64,000 nucleotides of DNA from an uncultured delta proteobacterium (GTDB lineage: Bacteria > Myxococcota > Kuafuiibacteriia > Kuafuiibacteriales > Kuafuiibacteriaceae): positions 224,001 to 288,000 of the forward strand of contig CAWDML010000014.1 in the NCBI GenBank assembly GCA_963803435.1. The letters run 5' to 3'. A program made the translations under genes and the position numbers. Positions 57,029 to 64,000 of the stretch are shown piece after piece. The notes below the pieces were generated by a model that searched no databases, had not been told where the DNA came from, and saw only the letters and a program-made list of their open reading frames with translations. How positions within the stretch are numbered: the stretch's first letter is position 1; every line of letters begins with the position of its first letter.

Positions 57029-57111
57029 TGGAGGGTGGTGGATTCGAACCACCGTAGGCTTACGCCGCTGGGTTTACAGCCCAGTCCCTTTGGCCACTCG
57101 GGCAACCCTCC
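57029..57111 (-). tRNA. tRNA-Tyr (GTA)
   Basis: GGAGGGTTGCCCGAGTGG... CTGGG-CTGTAAA-CCCAG, long variable arm, GGTTCGAATCC. Confidence 0.95.
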
Positions 57112-57134
57112 ATCTCCTCGCGTTGGCGACGGGA

Positions 57135-57206
57135 AGCTGGCGATTGGATTCGAACCAACAACCCTCTGCTTACAAAGCAGACGCTCTACCGTTGAGCCAC
57201 GCCAGC
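57135..57206 (-). tRNA. tRNA-Thr (TGT)
   Basis: GCTGGCGTGGCTCAACGGTAGAGC TCTGC-TTTGTAA-GCAGA ... GGTTCGAATCC. Confidence 0.95.
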
Positions 57207-57218
57207 GCAGGTCATGGC

Positions 57219-57247
57219 TGCTTAAAGGACTCGTTCGGTGGAGTCAA
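57219..57247 (-). promoter_or_regulatory. Putative sigma70 promoter of the tRNA cluster
   Basis: TTGACT-N17-TAAGCA on the minus strand just upstream of tRNA-Thr(TGT). Confidence 0.5.
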
Positions 57248-58035
57248 GGAGACGCGGCGACCCGGCGCTGCCGGAGCGCCTCCCAGAGGAGGATTCCGGC
57301 GGCCACCGAGGCGTTGAGGCTGTCGAAGCCGTGGGCCAGCGGGATCCCGATCCGAAGGTCGCACTTCTCGGCCAGGCTGGGCCGGACGCCGCTGCTCTCG
57401 CCGCCGATCACGAGGCCGAGGGGCCCGTCGAGCCGCGCCTGGTCGGCCGGCTCGCCGCCCATGACCGCGGCGGCGGTCCAGACGCCCCGCTCCACCAGCC
57501 GCTCCACGGCGAGCTTGAGGTTCGTGACCGACGCGATCGGCACCGCCAGCGCGGCGCCCGCGGAGGCCCGGACCACGGCCGCGGTGACGCGCGCGGCCCG
57601 GTTCGTCGGCAGCACCACGCCGTGGGCGCCGAGCGCGTAGACGCTGCGCAGGATCGCGCCCAGGTTCTGCGGATCCTGGATGCCGTCGAGCAGCACCACC
57701 AGCGGCTCCTCGCCGAGCGCCTCGGCGCGGTCGACGATGGCGTCGACGTCGATCGACTCGAGGGCCTTCGGATCGAGCTCGGCCATCACGCCCTGGTGGC
57801 TGCCGGCGCCGACGCGCTTGGTGATGTCATCCTTCGAGACGTCCATCACCGGCACGCCCGCCGACTGGGCTGCGTGCAGGATGTCTTGCGTTCGGCCGCC
57901 TTCGGCACGCGCCACCTTCACGGCCAGCACGGCGGCGCCGCCCTGGAGCGCCTCGAGCACCGGCTGCACTCCGTAGATGAAGTGGGTCGGCCCGTCCTCG
58001 ACGGGCGCGTGCTTCGCCCCTCGCCGCCGGGTCAA
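57244..58035 (-). CDS. rlmB: 23S rRNA Gm2251 methyltransferase (SpoU/TrmH family)
   Basis: IYGVQPVLEAL, HQGV, LDGIQDPQNLGAILRS, GGESSGVR, SLNASVAAGILL; TTG start overlapping the pyrF stop is inferred. Confidence 0.92.
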   Translation of the reverse strand: MTRRRGAKHAPVEDGPTHFIYGVQPVLEALQGGAAVLAVKVARAEGGRTQDILHAAQSAGVPVMDVSKDDITKRVGAGSHQGVMAELDPKALESIDVDAIVDRAEALGEEPLVVLLDGIQDPQNLGAILRSVYALGAHGVVLPTNRAARVTAAVVRASAGAALAVPIASVTNLKLAVERLVERGVWTAAAVMGGEPADQARLDGPLGLVIGGESSGVRPSLAEKCDLRIGIPLAHGFDSLNASVAAGILLWEALRQRRVAASP

Positions 58036-58793
58036 GATCGCGCCTTCTCGATGTCGTCGACGATCCGGCGGGCGGCCGTCACCGGATCCTCGGAGGTCCG
58101 GATGGGCCGGCCGACGACCACGTAGGTGGCACCGGCTTCGACCGCCTGCCGCGCCGTCATGACGCGGGACTGATCGCCGACGTCGTCCCCCGGCCCGCGG
58201 ATCCCGGGGACCACGAACACGGTGGCGTCGGGGACCAGCGGCCGCAGCACCGCGAGCTCGTGGCCGCTCGCCACCAGTCCCTGAGCGCCGGCGCCCACCG
58301 CCAGCCTGGCGAGGCGCTGGGCCTGCTCCGCAAGCGGGCTTGCAAAACCGAGCGCCCGGATCTCGTCCTCGGAGTGGCTGGTCAACACGGTCACGGCCAG
58401 CAACAGCGGCGGCGGGCTGCCGGGGATCAGGGTCATCTGCGCCAGCTCGTCGATCGCGGAGGTGATCATGCGCGCCCCGCCCAGCGCGTGGACGGTGAAC
58501 ATCCGGGCCCGCTGGCGGGCGACCTCCCGCGCAGCGCCCGCGACCTGCGCCGGGATGTCGTGAAACTTGAGATCGAGAAAGACGCTCGAGCCCATGCCGT
58601 GGATCAGGTCGAGCACGAGGGAGCCGGCGCTGGTGAACAGGCGGGGGCCGACCTTGAAGAGCCCGACGTGGGGCGCCAGCAGCTTCACGAGGCGTTCGGC
58701 CTCGTCGATGTGGTCGACGTCGAGGGCGAAGATCAGGCGGTCCCGGGGTTCCTTGGGTGGCCGATGGCCGAGCTGCCGGACGAGGTCCCGCAC
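58032..58793 (-). CDS. pyrF: Orotidine-5'-phosphate decarboxylase
   Basis: LIFALD, FKVG, FLDLKFHDIP, VTVLTS, VPGIR, DQSRV, VVGRPI; start uncertain. Confidence 0.95.
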   Translation of the reverse strand: MRDLVRQLGHRPPKEPRDRLIFALDVDHIDEAERLVKLLAPHVGLFKVGPRLFTSAGSLVLDLIHGMGSSVFLDLKFHDIPAQVAGAAREVARQRARMFTVHALGGARMITSAIDELAQMTLIPGSPPPLLLAVTVLTSHSEDEIRALGFASPLAEQAQRLARLAVGAGAQGLVASGHELAVLRPLVPDATVFVVPGIRGPGDDVGDQSRVMTARQAVEAGATYVVVGRPIRTSEDPVTAARRIVDDIEKARS

Positions 58794-58854
58794 GGCGGCA
58801 TGATAGGCAGGCCCGGCTGCGGATTGCCACCATTTCTGGTACAGCTGGCGGTGC

Positions 58855-59160
58855 GTGGACACGCTCCTCCACTCGCTGTCCATCTACATGATCATCGGGA
58901 TCTTCGTGGTCGTCGGGATCTCGCAGCTCAACCGGATCGTCGGCAGCGTCCTCGGCGTCGTCTTCTGGATCGCGGTGGCCGCCGTGGGCAGCCTGGCCTA
59001 CGACCAGGGCGGCGGGATCCGTCTGCTTTCGATGGAGTTCTCGCGGTCCGGCTTCTACCTGTTCTGTGGCGCGTTCGTCGCGTTCAACGTCTTCAACCTC
59101 TACATGGCTCTCGTGCGGAAGCGCCGGCGGCGGATGCGACGCCCGCTAGATGAGGAGTGA
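58855..59160 (+). CDS. Small hypothetical membrane protein (3 TM)
   Basis: Three hydrophobic helices and a basic tail. Confidence 0.7.
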   Translation: MDTLLHSLSIYMIIGIFVVVGISQLNRIVGSVLGVVFWIAVAAVGSLAYDQGGGIRLLSMEFSRSGFYLFCGAFVAFNVFNLYMALVRKRRRRMRRPLDEE

Positions 59161-62100
59161 GAACGTCGCCCACCAGGCCGGATGCGGGTGGAGCTTCCGC
59201 ACCTCGATCTGCGCAGCCTTGAGCGCCTCGAGGGCGTCGCGGGTCCGCGCCTCCCGATAGAAGTGCTTCATCACCAGCGCCGCCGTCAGATCGTTGACGT
59301 GCATCGTGGTGGCCAGCACCCAACCGGCGCCGGCGAAGCGGAACGCCTGGGCGAGGGAGCGGAGCTCGTCGCCGCTGAGGGACGACGTTCGATCGGGAGA
59401 GATCAGAGTCTGGCACGCGGAGAGGACCACCAGGCGCGCGCTGGTGCGGGTGTTGAGCACGTCGAGCATCGAGACCGGGCCGTCGCTCGTCGGCAGCCGG
59501 CCGCCGAGCGGATCGGAGGAGCGCGCGCCCTCGCCGCCCAGGAAGAAGTGGCCCGCGAAGTGGAACACGCCGCCCGCGCGACGCAGCGAGGCCAGGAACG
59601 ACTCGCGCGTGACCGCAGCGCCGCGGATCGCCTCGGCCTCCGGGTACTCCTCGCGGATCAGCTCCAGCTCCTTGTCGGCGAACGTGAGCGGAGCGATCGC
59701 GCTTCCGGGTGCCGGCAGCGGCGCACCGAGGGCGACGATCGGCAGCCGTGATCCTCTGCCGGCCGCCAGCGACGGAAGCGGCTCGGCGAGCGCGTCGGCG
59801 GCGGCGCGCGGGCCCAGCGCTACCGCGACCGACGCGCGGTCGATCAGGAGCGTGGTGCCCTCGGGATCGACGGGGAGCGCGGCGAACGCGACATAGCTGA
59901 GCGGTCCGTGGGGAACGATCGCGATCCGGTGGATCGCGGCGATGTCGCCGGCGACGGGCGCGAGCAGGAGATCGGCGAGGTGGCGGCTCGACTCGGTGAC
60001 GTCGGCGCGAGCCGCCATCTCCCGCGTGTACCGCGCCAGCAGGTCGCGCAGCTCCGAGCGCGCGATCGGGACCCGGCGCGCCGTGATGCGATCGTGCGCG
60101 AGCGCGAAGATCACGAGCGCGTCCTCGGTCGTCCGGTACATCAGGATCGCCGCGTCCGCCGGCAGGCGCGCGCGCACCTCGTCGAGGCGATCCTCCTTCA
60201 GCATGCGGGCCAGCCGCGGGTTCTTCAGCGTGAGCGCGTCGAGGGCGGCGACCGCGGCGGTAGCGGTCTCGGCGCCCTTGGCCGTTCGCCACAGCGCCGT
60301 CACCTCGGGTCCGCCGACCGAGAGGCGCGAGTCCTCGGCGAGCTCGGAGAGCTCGAGCACGCGGGTCTCCTCCGCGACCTGAAAGGCCTCCTCCGGGCGG
60401 CTCTGCGAGAGGAGCAGCGCGATCAGATCATCGAACGCCGCGTAGCGATCGGGACCGAAGTCGCTCTGGGCCACGCGTCCGGTGATCGTCCGCGCCGTAT
60501 CGATCGCGCTCCGGAGCTCCTTCTCCGCGCCGGCTTGATCGCCCTGCGCGACGAGCATCAACCCGAGCGCACGATGGATCGACTGCGCGAGATCCTTCAC
60601 CTGAAACCGGTCCGCGATCGGGAGCGCTTGCTGGTATTGAGCGCGCGCCGAGGCGAGGTCGCCGTTCTCGCGGAACAGCTCGCCGAGCGCGAAGCGGGCG
60701 CGCAGCTCGTTGTTCTGGTCCTTGACCTCCCGCGAGTACTCGAGCGCGGTCTCGAGGGCCGTCTGCGCCGCCTCGCCCTGTCCCTCGAGCGAGAGCGTCC
60801 GACCCAGGTTCCGCAGATCGTAGGCGAGCGCGTAGCGATCCTTGAGCCGGCGATCGATCTTCTCGGCCGCGCGGAACGCCTCGCCTGCCTCTTCGAGCCG
60901 GCCGAACTCGAGGTAGACACGACCGAGGTTGTTGTACTGGGTGGCGAGCTCGCGCTCGTCCTTGATGGCCTCGGCGATCCGGCGCGCACGCTCGAGATGA
61001 CCGACGGCGGCGTCGAAGTCGCGCTGGCTCATGGCGGTGACGCCGCAGACCGAGAGCGCGTAGATTTGGAGCCGCCGCACCCGCTTGCGGAGTGTCGCCA
61101 GCGACTGCTGGTCCTTGGGCTTCTGCTCCTTCTGGCTGACCGGTACCAGCGAGCCGGTCTTCCTGATCCGCTCGAGCAGCTCGTCGACGCGAGCCAGGCT
61201 GGTGTCGCACAGCTCGCCGGCGCGCTGGTAGTCGCCCCGGTACCAGGAGACGTTGGCCGCCTCGATCAGCGCCGACAGCTCCAGCTCGGGGAGATTCTTG
61301 GCGGCCGCCTCGGCGCGCGCCTTCTCTGCCTGGTGCTCGGCGTCTTCGAAGTCGCCCCGCCGGCGAGCCGCCCGCGCCAGGCCGAGCGTGATGTCGAGGC
61401 GCTCCTCGTCGGTCTGGGCCAACCGATAGGCGCGCTCGAACGCCCGCTTGGCCTTGACCGGATCGCTCAATCGATTGAGCTCGATCTCCGCGACCCTCAG
61501 GACCGCCGAGTCGGCCTCGCGGGGGCGGTTCTTCCTCTGGTAGACGCCGGCGCGGCGGTAGATGGCGATCGCGCGCTCCAGCAGCTCGACGGCGGCCGCG
61601 TCCTCCAACATGTCGCGCTTGTGAAGCGCGTAGTCGTGATACGCGCGCCCGAGGCCCAAGAGATCACCCTTCTTCTTGAGCTCCCCGACCAGCGCGGTGA
61701 ACGTCTCCTCGGCCTTCTCGAAGTCCTGCGCCTTGCTGTAGAGCTGCCCCAGCTGGAGCCGGGCCGTCAGCAGCTCCTCCTCCACCTTCGCCCTCGCCTT
61801 CAGCTCCTTGGTGCCGGCCAGCGCGCGCTCGAGGTGAGCGACCAGATCGCGCTGGTGATCGGCGGCGCGGGCGTGCTCGGGCGGATCGATGTGCTCGGAG
61901 AGGATGCCGACCAGCGCGGTGTACGCGAACACCAGCGAATCTTCCTTCTTGGCGGCGAGCTGGAGCCGGATCCAGCGCTCGATCGCGTCGACGGCCTCCC
62001 GATACTGCTTCTGCTTGAACGCTCGGCCCGCGCTCGACGAGGCCGACTTGAGGTGCTTCTGCGCGAACGAGCGGCTGGCGTCGCCGTCGAGGCCGGGCGA

Positions 62101-64000
62101 GCCGATCAGCTGCGCCGAGAGCACCGAGGGCGCCTCGGCCGCCCCCTCCTTCTGCGCCTGATGCAGCGCCGCGGCGGGGGCCTGCTCACGGGCGAGCTCG
62201 ACGAAGCGATCGATCAAGCGCCTCTTCGCCGCGTCTGGAACGGTCGAGGGGATCGAGATCGTGGTGGCAACGCCTCGCGGGACCATCGCCAGATCGAGGC
62301 CGAGCACCGCGTCGGGCGGGGCCGAGGCGGTGGTGTCCGCCAGGATCAGGATACGGGCCGGGACGCCGAGCGCGCCCAGCGGGAGCTCGCGCTCGAAGGC
62401 GTCGGCCGGATCGTCGTCGGTCGCCCGCCGCTCGGAGAGGATGACGCTTCGCTCGAGCGCATGCGGCTCGAGGCGGACCTCGGCCTCCACGATCACCGCG
62501 TCCTGCGCGCGGAGCGCCAGCGCCTCCACCGGCGTCCGCTCGTCGAGCCGGCGGGCCTGACCCGGGAGCAGATCGATCCGGGGCGGTCCTTCGCGAAAAC
62601 CGATCAGCTCGGGGCCGCTCACGCGCCGGGCCTCGGCGAACGCCCCGGCCAGCGGCGGCTCGCCGGCGCCGGCCAGCGCCAGCTTTCCCGAGACCCCGAC
62701 CAGCTGGGCGCTCCGCACCAGCTCCAGCACCGAGGGGATCGAGAGGTTGGCGATTGCGGGTCCGTCCGGGAACGCGGGGGCCGGTCCGCCGACGTCGCCC
62801 GTCGAGATCAACAGCAGGGCGTCCCCGGCGATCGCCTCCTTCACCGGCAGAAAGAGCGTGCTTTGGATCCGCGCGCTCAGCTCGGGCGGCAGCGGTTCGT
62901 TCTTCGCGAGGATCGCCCGCGCGTCCGCGAGATCCGCCCGCAGCTCGCCGGCCGGCCGGCGGGTGTCGCGGTGGAGGTAGACAGGATCGCCCGTGCTCGA
63001 GGTCTCGATCGAGAAGAGGTGGACGCGCCCCTCCACGTCCGCGGCGAACAGCAGCCCCTCGTCGTCGGCGAGCTCGTACGCGGCCGAGCCGATGTCGCCG
63101 GGCCGCCCGAAGAGGCGCATCGCCGTCTCCTTCGAGACCGCCTCGGCCTGCTCCTGCACGAAAGACCGCAGCCGCTCCACCTCCCCGGCGACGCGACGTC
63201 TCGCCAGCGTGAGCGCTCCCGGCTCGGTATTGGCGTCGGTCCAGGCCAGGTCGCGCCGAGCGCGAGAGAGGCGCTCCAGTGAGAGGGCCAGGCGTCGCGA
63301 GACCACGACCTCGGAGGGCTCTCGCATGTTCGACAGCTCGATCGCCGGACCGATCGCGCGCCGGTAGGCCAGCGAGCGATCGAGCGCCGCCAGCGCCGGC
63401 TCCACCTCACCGCGCGCCAGGGCGCGCGAGGCCGTACGCGAGAAGAGCGCCGCGATCAGGGCCTCGTGTCCCGCCATCAGCGCCGGCGGCGTCGAGCGCA
63501 ACGCCTTCTCCGCCGCCTCCACCGCGCCGTCGTCGTAGAGCGCGCGCGACAGCGCGAAGGCCGTCTCCAGATCGAGGTCGCCGTCGAGACGCGCGATCGC
63601 TGCCGCCGACCGCTCCAGCGCCGCGATCCGTCCGGACGGCGCCGCCAGCGTGCGATCGACCTCGGCGAGCGTGTGCAGCGCCATCGCCAGCACGCGCGCG
63701 CCCAGCCCGTGGCCAGCGACCGCGCCCAGGCGGGCGGCGGCCTCGAACGCGGTCCGTGCCTCCAGGAGGCGCGCGCGCGCCGCGTCGAGCGAGCCGATCA
63801 GCTGGGCGAGATCGCTCCCGGCGCCCACCGCGCGACGGGCGTTGGCCAGCCGGATCGCGCCGCGCGCGTATTCGAGCCGGGCCCAGACCGCGACCCGCTC
63901 GCGCGCCCACCCGGCCAGCAGCGGAGGCCCGGCGGCGATGGAGGCGGTCCGAGCGATCGCACCGGTGCTGGTGAGCGCGGCCGGCACGCGATCGAGCGCC
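59146..64000 (-). CDS. Giant TPR + CHAT (caspase-like protease) protein; 5' end outside window
   Basis: TPR array (ATQYNNLGRVY, AYDLRNLGR), IVPHGPLSYVAFAAL, FHFAGH, VVLSACQT, HPAWWATF; frame open to the window edge. Confidence 0.9.
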   Translation of the reverse strand, partial: ALDRVPAALTSTGAIARTASIAAGPPLLAGWARERVAVWARLEYARGAIRLANARRAVGAGSDLAQLIGSLDAARARLLEARTAFEAAARLGAVAGHGLGARVLAMALHTLAEVDRTLAAPSGRIAALERSAAAIARLDGDLDLETAFALSRALYDDGAVEAAEKALRSTPPALMAGHEALIAALFSRTASRALARGEVEPALAALDRSLAYRRAIGPAIELSNMREPSEVVVSRRLALSLERLSRARRDLAWTDANTEPGALTLARRRVAGEVERLRSFVQEQAEAVSKETAMRLFGRPGDIGSAAYELADDEGLLFAADVEGRVHLFSIETSSTGDPVYLHRDTRRPAGELRADLADARAILAKNEPLPPELSARIQSTLFLPVKEAIAGDALLLISTGDVGGPAPAFPDGPAIANLSIPSVLELVRSAQLVGVSGKLALAGAGEPPLAGAFAEARRVSGPELIGFREGPPRIDLLPGQARRLDERTPVEALALRAQDAVIVEAEVRLEPHALERSVILSERRATDDDPADAFERELPLGALGVPARILILADTTASAPPDAVLGLDLAMVPRGVATTISIPSTVPDAAKRRLIDRFVELAREQAPAAALHQAQKEGAAEAPSVLSAQLIGSPGLDGDASRSFAQKHLKSASSSAGRAFKQKQYREAVDAIERWIRLQLAAKKEDSLVFAYTALVGILSEHIDPPEHARAADHQRDLVAHLERALAGTKELKARAKVEEELLTARLQLGQLYSKAQDFEKAEETFTALVGELKKKGDLLGLGRAYHDYALHKRDMLEDAAAVELLERAIAIYRRAGVYQRKNRPREADSAVLRVAEIELNRLSDPVKAKRAFERAYRLAQTDEERLDITLGLARAARRRGDFEDAEHQAEKARAEAAAKNLPELELSALIEAANVSWYRGDYQRAGELCDTSLARVDELLERIRKTGSLVPVSQKEQKPKDQQSLATLRKRVRRLQIYALSVCGVTAMSQRDFDAAVGHLERARRIAEAIKDERELATQYNNLGRVYLEFGRLEEAGEAFRAAEKIDRRLKDRYALAYDLRNLGRTLSLEGQGEAAQTALETALEYSREVKDQNNELRARFALGELFRENGDLASARAQYQQALPIADRFQVKDLAQSIHRALGLMLVAQGDQAGAEKELRSAIDTARTITGRVAQSDFGPDRYAAFDDLIALLLSQSRPEEAFQVAEETRVLELSELAEDSRLSVGGPEVTALWRTAKGAETATAAVAALDALTLKNPRLARMLKEDRLDEVRARLPADAAILMYRTTEDALVIFALAHDRITARRVPIARSELRDLLARYTREMAARADVTESSRHLADLLLAPVAGDIAAIHRIAIVPHGPLSYVAFAALPVDPEGTTLLIDRASVAVALGPRAAADALAEPLPSLAAGRGSRLPIVALGAPLPAPGSAIAPLTFADKELELIREEYPEAEAIRGAAVTRESFLASLRRAGGVFHFAGHFFLGGEGARSSDPLGGRLPTSDGPVSMLDVLNTRTSARLVVLSACQTLISPDRTSSLSGDELRSLAQAFRFAGAGWVLATTMHVNDLTAALVMKHFYREARTRDALEALKAAQIEVRKLHPHPAWWATFSLLI

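Overview
High-GC (~70%) window from a probable Myxococcota/deltaproteobacterial genome. Support for this: a Myxococcales-like insert in L11, a MYXO-CTERM-like tail, Cys-rich lipoproteins and an ECF/FecR module. Left two-thirds (1-43 kb): a large alpha-glucan (starch/glycogen) locus with three lipoprotein GH13 amylases, two LamB-like/beta-barrel porins, a surface-anchored GH15, a XylFGH-type sugar ABC transporter, two isoamylases, MalQ, a GH31 with LGFP repeats and a very divergent GH13. It is interrupted by an ECF sigma/anti-sigma/Cys-rich lipoprotein module and by a 3.3 kb islet of gene fragments plus a toxin-antitoxin-like pair, bounded by a ~96 bp duplication of the egtD 3' end. Right third: conserved core, namely rpoC-rpoB-rplL-rplJ-rplA-rplK-nusG-secE, five tRNAs (no tuf or rpmG between them), rlmB, pyrF and a giant TPR-CHAT protein. 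Several single-base frameshifts, including one in rpoC, indicate residual assembly indel errors. Best candidate for a new system: glycogen-degrading enzymes with no signal peptide but long disordered N-terminal tails, some behind a shared sigma28-like CCGATAA motif. The hypothesis is that these are non-Sec-exported enzymes, coupled to a porin-based, SusCD-free uptake machinery. All family calls come from motif recognition; no searches were run.
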